NCBI RefSeq assembly: GCF_015547515.1
Contig: NZ_JADMVE010000001.1
Span: forward strand, 1,064,253 to 1,088,252
Length of the DNA: 24,000 nt
Origin: Eubacterium sp. 1001713B170207_170306_E7
GTDB lineage: Bacteria > Bacillota > Clostridia > Eubacteriales > Eubacteriaceae
Direction of reading: 5' to 3'
This document shows positions 8,775 to 17,259 of this stretch, piece after piece (positions within the stretch are counted from its first letter, which is position 1; the number at the start of each line of letters is the position of its first letter). The notes under the pieces were generated by a model, which worked only from the letters and a program-made list of their open reading frames with translations, had not been told where the DNA came from and ran no database searches. Made by a program: the position numbers and the translations under genes.

Positions 8775-9020
8775 ATGAATACTACCGAAGCAGTAATCCA
8801 ACGAATTAATGACCTTTGCCAAGAGAAGGGAATTACTTTTTATAAGCTTTCTTATCGGGCAGCTATGTCAAAATCCACCTTAATGAGTATCGTTGCAGGC
8901 AATAGCACGCCTACGATTAAGTCAATTGCATTAATTTGTCGTGGCCTTGATATAAGTGTAAGGGAATTTTTTAGTTCAGAATTATTTGACATTTGCGAAG
9001 AAGATGATGAGCTGCTTTAA
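8775..9020 (+). CDS. XRE-family helix-turn-helix transcriptional regulator
   Basis: The ATG at 8775 has a GGAGGA RBS. ITFYKLSYRAAMSKSTLMSIVAGNSTPTIKSIALICRGLDISVREFF is an Xre/Cro-type HTH. It is divergent from the sigma-like gene. Confidence 0.8.
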   Translation: MNTTEAVIQRINDLCQEKGITFYKLSYRAAMSKSTLMSIVAGNSTPTIKSIALICRGLDISVREFFSSELFDICEEDDELL

Positions 9021-9148
9021 TTACACTATAATTTTTTGAACATTGCTATCATTTGATGCTTTTTTCGATATCTATCTTTTATTTTAGTAATCAGTTAATT
9101 AATATCTTTAACTAATTAAAAAGTTTCAAGCGTGTTGAAGGAGAAGTC

Positions 9149-9868
9149 ATGAATGTAATATTATGTGATGATGACCCTGGCTTTCTTAACGAGTTAAAAG
9201 ACGTACTTTTGCCTATTTACAAAAATGAGTACCCCTCAGCTAAAATAAGATGGTTTTTTAATGGGAATGATCTACTGTCATGGTATACACTTGAAGGCAA
9301 TACCATCGATATTCTTTATATCGATGTAGAGATGCCTGGATTTAATGGAATTGATGTTTTAAAATCCCTTCGCAATAACGGCTGTAAATGTTATTCTGTA
9401 TTCATTTCTTCATATATCAGTTATGTTGAGACCGCTCTGGATTATGATATTGTTCATTATTTAGTAAAACCTCTAAATATAAAAAAGGTTAGAGATGTCA
9501 CTAATAAAGTCATTTTAAAATATAAAAAACAGCATAAATGCATAGAACTCTCTTCAAATAATAAGCATTCATTAATAGAAGTGCACTCAATCATTTATGT
9601 AGAATCAAATTTTAGGTCCCTTATTTATCATACAACTCAGGGAAATTATACTGTGAATGGGAAGATATCTGATATTGAAAATAAGCTGATCCCTTACAAT
9701 TTTCTTCGCACACATAAAAGCTATCTTGTAAACATGGATTATGTTTTAAACTACGAGGGCTACAAGTTTAATCTTTTAGATGGAATGACTGCTGATATCA
9801 GCCATACTAAACGCTCACTGATCATAGGAAAATACAAACAATATTTATATGATAAACTTATCAACTAA
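9149..9868 (+). CDS. agrA: LytTR-family response regulator (AgrA-like)
   Basis: 239 aa with a GAAGGAG RBS. REC domain (ILCDDD..., phospho-acceptor context ILYIDVEMPGFNG). C-terminal LytTR domain (FLRTHKSYLVNMDYV). Confidence 0.9.
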   Translation: MNVILCDDDPGFLNELKDVLLPIYKNEYPSAKIRWFFNGNDLLSWYTLEGNTIDILYIDVEMPGFNGIDVLKSLRNNGCKCYSVFISSYISYVETALDYDIVHYLVKPLNIKKVRDVTNKVILKYKKQHKCIELSSNNKHSLIEVHSIIYVESNFRSLIYHTTQGNYTVNGKISDIENKLIPYNFLRTHKSYLVNMDYVLNYEGYKFNLLDGMTADISHTKRSLIIGKYKQYLYDKLIN

Positions 9869-9875
9869 CTAAGTT

Positions 9876-9925
9876 ATAAGGCGGGTGATACAATAAATTG
9901 CATCACCCGCCTTATTTATTTTTCG
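9876..9925 (+). terminator. rho-independent terminator after agrA (abuts the agrB stop)
   Basis: ATAAGGCGGGTGAT (9876-9889) pairs with ATCACCCGCCTTAT (9902-9915), followed by TTATTTTT. Confidence 0.7.
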
Positions 9926-10494
9926 TTAAATAAATAACCTGCCAAAGCAAAGAGAGCGATTATTAACAGCGATGTGCTAATTGAATATAAATATTGGTAC
10001 AATGTAGTCCCTAAAACTAAAATCATAGAAATACATACATAAACCACTGATCTTAACCATAATTTTTGTCTCTTTCGACAAATCTCATCATCAGAGTAAC
10101 TTGCATTTTTATGCTCTACCGGAGCAATTTTCCATACAATAAAAAAATAAAGAATTTGGTAGATAATAGATAATAAAGTATAAGCATTTCTAGGCGTATA
10201 TTTTATTGTCAAAATATACACGCAAAAGACTAATACTGTTTTTATTGAACAGTTTAGTCTATTTTTCGCATGGTAACTTCCAGTTAAACCACTTAATGAG
10301 ATATAGCAAACAAAATATATAATCGTTTGATACACATGTGAGGTTAATATACCAATACCTAACATTACTAAAAAATTTACCAAAAAGAAAATTATTTGCT
10401 CCATCCCAAACATAACGATTTGTTCATTTTCTGCTCTGATAAGCCTAAGTTCTTTGCACTTATGTGCAAAGCTTAAAGCTACTTGTGTAATCAT
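9916..10494 (-). CDS. agrB: AgrB-like accessory gene regulator B (membrane endopeptidase that processes AgrD)
   Basis: 192 aa and polytopic. The GSYHAKNRLNC motif has His and Cys 7 residues apart, the same spacing as the catalytic His/Cys pair of staphylococcal AgrB. Its start codon overlaps the agrD stop. Confidence 0.85.
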   Translation of the reverse strand: MITQVALSFAHKCKELRLIRAENEQIVMFGMEQIIFFLVNFLVMLGIGILTSHVYQTIIYFVCYISLSGLTGSYHAKNRLNCSIKTVLVFCVYILTIKYTPRNAYTLLSIIYQILYFFIVWKIAPVEHKNASYSDDEICRKRQKLWLRSVVYVCISMILVLGTTLYQYLYSISTSLLIIALFALAGYLFNEK

Positions 10495-10661
10495 AGATCT
10501 TTAATTGAAAAATTTTCTTTGGCTTTTGGTATCTCCGGTTGGTATTTCCAAATTAAACACGTGTCACCTGTTTGCAATACAGTAAATATTAATGCCGACA
10601 TCACTGCCATTCCTTTAAAAAAGATGTTATTAGCTACTTTTTTAAATTTTTCCTTTTTCAT
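10491..10661 (-). CDS. agrD: AgrD-like autoinducing peptide precursor (56 aa, not in the ORF track)
   Basis: Hand translation of the minus strand gives MKKEKFKKVANNIFFKGMAVMSALIFTVLQTGDTCLIWKYQPEIPKAKENFSIKDL. An AGGAGGAG RBS lies 7 nt upstream. There is a single Cys core followed by a YQPEIPK charged tail. The TGA stop overlaps the agrB ATG (ATGA). Confidence 0.75.
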   Translation of the reverse strand: MKKEKFKKVANNIFFKGMAVMSALIFTVLQTGDTCLIWKYQPEIPKAKENFSIKDL

Positions 10662-10742
10662 GTGATTACTCCTCCTAACTATATTTTACATCTTAAATAT
10701 ATAGCTTTATATTCTTTAAAGCAATATTCTATGCATAAAAAT

Positions 10743-10794
10743 AAAGTTTAGTGTAAAAATCATAAAGTTCCTTAAAGCAGAAACAGTGTATAAT
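10743..10794 (+). promoter_or_regulatory. candidate LytTR (AgrA) direct repeats plus -10 upstream of agrC
   Basis: AAAGTTTAG (10743-10751) fits the LytTR consensus [TA][AC][CA]GTTN[AG][TG]. AAAGTTCCT (10764-10772) starts exactly 21 bp later. TATAAT lies at 10789-10794, and the -35 position is occupied by the second repeat. Confidence 0.4.
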
Positions 10795-10828
10795 AGTATT
10801 GAAATGATATTTTAGTGGAGGTTGATAA

Positions 10829-12109
10829 ATGACCGTAGATATTATATGCTTACTAGTCAAAAACTATATTGAAATAATATTTTTAGATTCTGTTTTAATA
10901 AAAAAGCCAATAAGAAAAAAAATTGTCTTTTACTTATATTTTTTATTCTTATCAATATCTTTTACAGTGTTCATGTTTAAATATAATCCCAGTACTGTTT
11001 TATCCACTTCTATAAGTATTGCTATAATGACATCATATTTATTGTTTTATAAAGATAGCTGGCTCAAAAAATTTATATATTTAGTTATTTTAATTGTACT
11101 TGTTGCGGTATCAGAGTTATTGTCTGGCCTAATTCTATTAACAATGGATATTTCGGTCAACACATTTGAGACAAGCCTTCTTTACGGCTTTATTCTCATT
11201 TCACTTACCAGTATTTTACTTTACTCGAATGTTTTACTAGTAAAGATATTAAGTAACAAAGATGTTACAATTAAAATGAATATTTTGTTGCTATTTTATC
11301 CAATAAGCTCGATTTTAATTCTTTATGCACTTTACTATATTGTTATGTTTAATCTAGACAGTGAAATTAAATACGTAATATTTTTCATAGTCGCTTTATT
11401 GGTACTGTTATCAAATTTATTTTTAGTATATTTAATCACTTATCTTGTAAAAAGCAAAACGGACAAGCTACTTTTAGAATATTATGAAAAATGTGAATCG
11501 ATCGAAAAATCATATTTAAGAGAACTTGATGAATCAAAGCAAGAAATAAAACAAATTAATCACGATCTTAAATCACATTTTTTACATTTATTAGGTCTGA
11601 TCAATGCACAAAATTACGATGGTTGCCGTATTTATGTTATGAAGTTTCTTGATCTTTCTAAGCGGATTGATTATCTATTCTCAACTGGTTACGATGGGCT
11701 TGATGCTGTTTTGTCATCAAAAGCTATCATGTCAAAGTCAAAAAATATTTCTTTAAAAACAGTAATTGCAATGCCAACGCGAGAAACCTTAAAAATAAAT
11801 GAAGCAGATATTTCTATCATTAGTTCAAATATCTTAGATAACGCGATTGAGGCCACTGAGCAATGCCTGATAAATGATCGTATTATTGATTTTCAAATAT
11901 GTTATGATGGTAATCTTTCTTATCTGAGAATTTGTTGCCAAAATCCAACAATAAATACTTCAACATCTTACAAAACCACCAAAAAAGATAAAGAAAACCA
12001 TGGCTACGGTTTGACGATTATTAAAAAGATTGCAGAACAATGGGATGGAATGGTACAATATGAAACTACAAATGGTATTTTTTCTATTATTGTATCTTTA
12101 CACAATTAG
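10829..12109 (+). CDS. agrC: AgrC-like (HPK10-type) membrane sensor histidine kinase
   Basis: 426 aa with a GGAGG RBS. About 6-7 N-terminal TM helices. H-box INHDLKSHF, N-box NILDNAIEA, G-box HGYGL. Confidence 0.85.
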   Translation: MTVDIICLLVKNYIEIIFLDSVLIKKPIRKKIVFYLYFLFLSISFTVFMFKYNPSTVLSTSISIAIMTSYLLFYKDSWLKKFIYLVILIVLVAVSELLSGLILLTMDISVNTFETSLLYGFILISLTSILLYSNVLLVKILSNKDVTIKMNILLLFYPISSILILYALYYIVMFNLDSEIKYVIFFIVALLVLLSNLFLVYLITYLVKSKTDKLLLEYYEKCESIEKSYLRELDESKQEIKQINHDLKSHFLHLLGLINAQNYDGCRIYVMKFLDLSKRIDYLFSTGYDGLDAVLSSKAIMSKSKNISLKTVIAMPTRETLKINEADISIISSNILDNAIEATEQCLINDRIIDFQICYDGNLSYLRICCQNPTINTSTSYKTTKKDKENHGYGLTIIKKIAEQWDGMVQYETTNGIFSIIVSLHN

Positions 12110-12199
12110 ACTTTAGATACAGAGGCAAACTTAAAATTGGATAATTATTCATATCCACCACATGACAAAGCTTATACATCGAGATGAAATCAATAATTT

Positions 12200-13330
12200 T
12201 TAACACTTTATGATTTTAAAAAACGATCATCAAAGTATTCAAAAACTTGGCTATCTTGGAAATTGATAGACTTTGTATAATTGGATCAATCCCCGTGTTT
12301 ATCAACCTGAAATTTTAGAAAGCAGGTTTGAGAAAACAAAAATGGCTCTTGCTGATATCACAAATTATCTATATCCTATAGCTAATGTCGATTCCTAATT
12401 ATTGATAATATAACATGTAATTAGGGCTCTATTGACAAACATATTTTTTATGTAATCGAGTCTTAAATTAATTAAGAGTATGAACTCCTCAAGCTCAAAA
12501 TAGAGAATGCCTATTTAAAAGACAATGCTTAAGCGAAGATCGCTTCTGAAAATACGGCGAGAATCATCCAAAGTTTTTGAGAAGCGTTCAAACTGAAAGA
12601 CAATCTCGCTGCAATCGGTTTTTTCGCAGATCTAAACAAGGAATTAGCGAACAAAATACCCAACCTACATAAGGAACACAAATATTTCGGCCATCGCCGT
12701 ATGCCTGCAATTATTCGTAAACAAGAAGCGCGGATTAACAAAAAGAATTTCCAAAGAATGATGTAATAGCATAATACTCAAGTAACATTCTTTATACGGA
12801 AAAGCCGTAAATACAATTTCTACAAGGGAAAACAGGACAAATTACTCCGAATAGAATTCATCAACGTTTTCTTACCTCTGTTCCACATCAGAAGATCTCG
12901 ATAAATGCTATAGAATTCAAGTATTATAAGATAGTTGTATTCAAGCCCTTTCCTAGATATATTCAATGGAGAATTATTAGGCTATGGCATCATCAGAGCC
13001 CTATTTGTAGTCAATATATTGTTTTCACAAAAACAAGCTATTGAAATCACTTCAGACTGTCTGTACAGAAGTATCTTTCACTCAGACTACAGATAAGTCT
13101 TGCCTACGCTTGTGTATTGAGAAACAACAAAATTTTCCAAAGCATATCTTGTAAAGGAAACTGTTGTAGAAAATTTATTTGGCATTTTAAAACGGAAAAT
13201 ATATTATGGAGTCACTTACTATAGCTTTAAGGAGTTGAAAGTGCAATCAAAGAATGTATAAAATACTATAACGAAAAACGTCTCAAAGAGAAATTAGGCT
13301 AAGCGAGTCCGGTTGCAGACAAACTTAGCC
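12200..13330 (+). mobile_element. degenerate IS3-family (IS150-like) insertion sequence remnant
   Basis: Transposase motifs are scattered over several frames with many stops: TLYNWI, LKIENAYLK, GHRRMPAII...INKKNFQRMM, YKGKQ.., ITPNRIHQRF..SVPHQKIS, CKGNC and YYNEKRLKEKLG. Confidence 0.7.
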
Positions 13331-13439
13331 TCTTAGCTACATAAAATGCATAACAGATTGAAATTCTATTGCATAATAAAAGCCTAAATTGGGAGATTGC
13401 ATCAAAAAGGCTGGTCTGAAAAAATTGAAAAGTAAGGGT

Positions 13440-14230
13440 GTTAGTCCGAAAGTTCAAAAGAAGCTAGATCATCCCAGATCTTAGCATAATAACGGCGAAG
13501 GAACTTATTCATCTCAGCGGTTATTTATAGTGGTAAGGTTTGCCTTCAGTGCAGTTACGATCAAGCAATTAGTTGAGGAGTGAATCGGCACTGGCAAAAG
13601 CATCCAGCGTCTGTTTGTGCTTGAAACGCAATGGATCACCAATCTCACCCATAAGCTGAGAGCCGAGTGATTCACCAACACCGGATATTGCCATGACAAC
13701 CGGATATTCTGGAAGCAAGGTTGTAAGGCGGTTTATTTCAGAATAGTTTGCAAGTGCATACATGTTCGTGGTGTTCGTTTGCTTAAAACAATACCCCTGA
13801 TGCCTGCACCATTTGCAGTAACACTTGGTAAAGACTTTCGGGATGTCTTTACGAACGTGGTCCGCATTCCAGAAGATATAAACGAAATCTACATATTTTT
13901 GAGTACCATCTTTATGTATTGGGCTATCAAAGCACTTACGAACACCGGAAAGGGACGGCTTAAGTAGAGCAATAAGGTTCGTTTTTCTACTATGACTCTA
14001 TTTGGAACAGACAATTTAAAGGTTTTAACCCATAACGTATGGTAGTCACAGTGGTATAATCTCGCAAGTCTTCACAGTTGGCAAGGGTATAGTAGTCTTC
14101 ATCGCGTTCGTCTTATCGGTCTTAACTTTGCGGAGAGTTCTGCTGTTGAGATTTATCTGAAACACAGTTGAACGGCGAAGTCCAGAATATTGCTTTTTCA
14201 CTAGACACTACCGATACGTGGTATGGCACT
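13440..14230 (-). mobile_element. degenerate IS110-family transposase remnant
   Basis: Minus-strand fragments RKVKTDKTNAM (N-terminal DEDD domain-like) and ISGVGESLGSQLMGEIGDPLRFKHKQTLDAFA (transposase_20-like), interrupted by stops and frameshifts. Confidence 0.7.
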
Positions 14231-14413
14231 CTTATTTATATTGAAATGCTGTTACAATTTTTGATCTATTCTTTATAATATCCATATAATTTTTAATATT
14301 TCATTTTCAGTAACGTGTATAACTATTTTTATACATTTTTGTTATATAAATTCTCATCGTTTCTAAAAAATGTAAATGCAAAGTTTTTTATTCTTATGTG
14401 TATTGTGATTATT

Positions 14414-15049
14414 TCAATTTATAATTTTTTTATCTTTTATTTGATATATTTCATCACATAATATTGATATATCTTTTGAATTATGACTTGTAAATATTAA
14501 TGTCCCACCGTTATCCACGTATTTTAATAATATTTCATATATCAAATCAACCGTATCACTATCTAGCCCATTCGTTGGTTCATCCAAAATTAATAATTCT
14601 GGATTTTCGAAAATAGCCTGTGCAATTCGAAGTTTTTGTAGCATTCCTAAAGAATAATCTTTAACTTTTATTTCGCTATACTTATCAAGTTTAAAAGTAC
14701 GTAAAATGTCTTGGATTTGTTTTTCTGTTACAACATTTTTAATTTCTGATATTATTTTCAGGTTTTCGTACCCGGTTAAAGATTCAATAAAAGATGGATT
14801 ATCTATTACAATACCTGAGTTTTGTATAAACTGTATATCCCTTCGAATTATAGAATTATTATACTTCACTATCCCCTCATCTAAACAATAAAAACCAACA
14901 ATCAATTTAAGTAAAACACTTTTTCCTGATCCATTATTCCCTATAATTCCATATTTCTTTCCACGAATAACTTTTAAATTTATATTTTCTAACACAATTT
15001 TGTTATGAAATGACTTCTTACCATCTATAATTTCAATTAAATATTTCAA
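14414..15049 (-). CDS. ABC transporter ATP-binding protein
   Basis: 211 aa. TTG start behind a GGAGA RBS. Walker A GNNGSGKS, signature YSLGMLQKL, Walker B LLILDEP, H-loop TSHN. Confidence 0.9.
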   Translation of the reverse strand: MKYLIEIIDGKKSFHNKIVLENINLKVIRGKKYGIIGNNGSGKSVLLKLIVGFYCLDEGIVKYNNSIIRRDIQFIQNSGIVIDNPSFIESLTGYENLKIISEIKNVVTEKQIQDILRTFKLDKYSEIKVKDYSLGMLQKLRIAQAIFENPELLILDEPTNGLDSDTVDLIYEILLKYVDNGGTLIFTSHNSKDISILCDEIYQIKDKKIIN

Positions 15050-15148
15050 TTTATTTTCTCCTTAACACTTTATATGATATTGTACAGTATCTAGTCATAA
15101 CAGTAGCGGTTCAATTTCTTTATTTATAATTATATGAATCTTATACTT

Positions 15149-15739
15149 TTAAAAATTTAGGTCTGTTAATTTAATTATTTTATGCAATACAATTGCAATA
15201 GTAAATGTAATGATATAAGATATTGATATGCAAATAGTGTTCATTCCAAAGTAAGAGGTGATAAATATAAAGGGTGTCGGAACCGCGAGTATCATCGATA
15301 TAAAAACATATACTAAAAGAACAATTAACGTTTTAATCTTACCGTATTTTATGAATAACAATGCTTCTAAAAATCCAAAAAGGTTCATATTAACAAATGT
15401 AAATAGTGTAAAATATAATAGATCCTGTATCGAGAGTGGTGCAATTTTTGTATTGAGTATATTTCCAAAATAGTATGGAAAAACACATAAAATTATTACA
15501 AAACAACTAAGCTTTAAATTTTTTTTTATTGAATATTTATAATAACTTTTTAAAGTACCATATCGAATTAAAGAAAAATAACGACTCATTTTAGGAGGAA
15601 AAAAATTACAAATAATAAAAATGCCATATATAATTAATGTACTAAAAAAAATACTAAAAAACCAAGTTGGTTTTGTAATGAAACCTAGTAAACCAAAAAC
15701 TAACCATGTTAATAAACCAATCCTTTTATTAATAGCCAT
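15149..15739 (-). CDS. small polytopic membrane protein (putative ABC-2/LanG-like permease subunit)
   Basis: 196 aa with about 5-6 hydrophobic helices and a GGAGAGG RBS. It overlaps the upstream gene by 11 nt. No family is recognised by eye. Confidence 0.65.
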   Translation of the reverse strand: MAINKRIGLLTWLVFGLLGFITKPTWFFSIFFSTLIIYGIFIICNFFPPKMSRYFSLIRYGTLKSYYKYSIKKNLKLSCFVIILCVFPYYFGNILNTKIAPLSIQDLLYFTLFTFVNMNLFGFLEALLFIKYGKIKTLIVLLVYVFISMILAVPTPFIFITSYFGMNTICISISYIITFTIAIVLHKIIKLTDLNF

Positions 15740-16538
15740 CTATATCGCCTCTCCTTTTTAGATATCTTTGAATATATGCAACAAAAATAATCGGTGGCAC
15801 AAATGGAAATAATATTACCCATAATGGTTGACCATTCTGATATGAAGTAAATGATTGAATAATTGTCGGTGATAAAGCAAAGACTTTAAAACAAATACCG
15901 AAAATTATTGAGAAAATATAATAATACAGTAACGGAATTATTATTGATAGGTATTTCTTTTTTGTAATGCACACAATAGAATTAGAAAAAAGGCTATATA
16001 TGAAACAAAATACGAAATACTTAAGGATTCCTTCTATAAAATAATACATGTATAAATGCTCCGTTGAAAAATTTTTTCCAAATATAAAATCAAATGAAAT
16101 TCTTGGTATTTCAGTATAATTCTTAGTAACAAATATACCAATGATGAAAAAAATCAAATATGCAATTAGAAATGTCAAGGCAGTATAAAGTGCATTAATA
16201 AAAAGTGCTTTACGAATAGTTTTTATATAGGTTTTATTTCTAGAAAAACAGTATATAAAATAACCTTCCTTTTCTTGATAAAAACTTAATGATAATATAG
16301 AACAAAAAATAGGTAAAATTAGCATGGAATAATTAAACGATGTACTAATATAACTATCAAAGTTAAGATAATGCTCGAGTAAAAATATTTTATTATCAAT
16401 GCCATCGTTATCGAAAATTATTCTTAATAAATAAAAATCATAACTACTAAATAAAGATAAAAAGGTTCCAATCAAAAAGCATAAAAAAAGAGTTACTCTA
16501 TACTTGTTTATTATCCGATATTTTGAAATTAATTTCAT
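15729..16538 (-). CDS. polytopic membrane protein (putative ABC-2/LanE-like permease subunit)
   Basis: I chose the ATG at 16538 (MKLISKYR...) behind an AAGAGG RBS. About 6 hydrophobic helices. It is translationally coupled to the next gene. Confidence 0.65.
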   Translation of the reverse strand: MKLISKYRIINKYRVTLFLCFLIGTFLSLFSSYDFYLLRIIFDNDGIDNKIFLLEHYLNFDSYISTSFNYSMLILPIFCSILSLSFYQEKEGYFIYCFSRNKTYIKTIRKALFINALYTALTFLIAYLIFFIIGIFVTKNYTEIPRISFDFIFGKNFSTEHLYMYYFIEGILKYFVFCFIYSLFSNSIVCITKKKYLSIIIPLLYYYIFSIIFGICFKVFALSPTIIQSFTSYQNGQPLWVILFPFVPPIIFVAYIQRYLKRRGDIDGY

Positions 16539-16667
16539 AGTGCAAACCTCTTTTGTATAAAATATATTATAGTATAAAATGAAATAGAGCATATCTACTA
16601 AAGTCTAACTTCTTTACTTGTAATCCTAAAAATATAGTATTTGAAATTCTTACTCTAGCTTTTATGG

Positions 16668-16708
16668 TTTTTAAAAATCACAAAGAGAGCGAAAGTCACT
16701 CTCTTTGT
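16668..16708 (-). terminator. rho-independent terminator between the secreted-protein gene and the ABC genes
   Basis: ACAAAGAGAG (16680-16689) pairs with CTCTCTTTGT (16699-16708). TTTTT follows on the minus strand. Confidence 0.8.
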
Positions 16709-16716
16709 AAAACCTT

Positions 16717-17259
16717 CTAAAATGGAGACCAGGTGCCTTCACAATACTCATAAGAATCCCAGCTATTTTCTCTGACAAACATCATTTGATAAGCGTAGTT
16801 CTTTGTTGCTGTGGACCATCCAGAGTTTGCTGATTGAGCGGCAACTTTGCACGCACCTCTTGCATAACCATCTGAATTAAGTAAATTTGTAACTAATACC
16901 AATGAATTCCCACCGGTTGCGTATTTGAAAGTTACATAATACTCTTGAGTATCCTCTTGTTTTGTTTGAAATGTACTGTAACCACGGTTTGTACCACTTA
17001 CTTGTCCGCTCCACGAATGTACAAACCACATTCTAGGAGAAATTGATTCGTCAAAAATTTCATAGGTTTCCTGACCAGGATTAGCCTCCACAACATCTTT
17101 GATCTTTTTATCTAGATCTGGTTTATCGCCTAAACCTTCGGAAATAATCGGCTGCTCCATTTTGTCTGGACTTTGAACTTCCATTTCATTAGCAAATACT
17201 GGTACAGCAACAAATAAAGCTAACAAAAGTGTGCTAACGCTAACAATTAACTTTTTCAT
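16717..17259 (-). CDS. Sec-secreted protein of unknown family (candidate bacteriocin/toxin-like effector)
   Basis: I chose the ATG at 17259. Signal peptide MKKLIVSVSTLLLALFVAVPVFA with a predicted cut before NE. An acidic ~55-aa linker precedes a ~110-aa W/Y/G/S-rich C-terminal domain with two Cys. Confidence 0.7.
   Translation of the reverse strand: MKKLIVSVSTLLLALFVAVPVFANEMEVQSPDKMEQPIISEGLGDKPDLDKKIKDVVEANPGQETYEIFDESISPRMWFVHSWSGQVSGTNRGYSTFQTKQEDTQEYYVTFKYATGGNSLVLVTNLLNSDGYARGACKVAAQSANSGWSTATKNYAYQMMFVRENSWDSYEYCEGTWSPF

Noticed and set aside
9091-9128. LytTR-like nonamers TCAGTTAAT (9091) and AAAGTTTCA (9120) upstream of agrA
   Set aside because: The spacing is 29 bp rather than 21. 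The second copy is only 20 nt from the start codon, leaving no room for a promoter. A chance match in AT-rich sequence is likely.
10483-10665. 60-aa plus-strand ORF from the track
   Set aside because: It is antisense to the much better supported agrD, which has a strong RBS, the AgrD motif and coupling to agrB. The plus-strand ORF has no RBS and no recognisable features.
12529-13967. Short ORFs 12529-12741(-), 13514-13699(-), 13569-13763(-) and 13779-13967(+)
   Set aside because: They lie in IS3 and IS110 debris. 13569-13763 is a genuine IS110 C-terminal fragment but not a functional gene. The others are antisense or out-of-frame.
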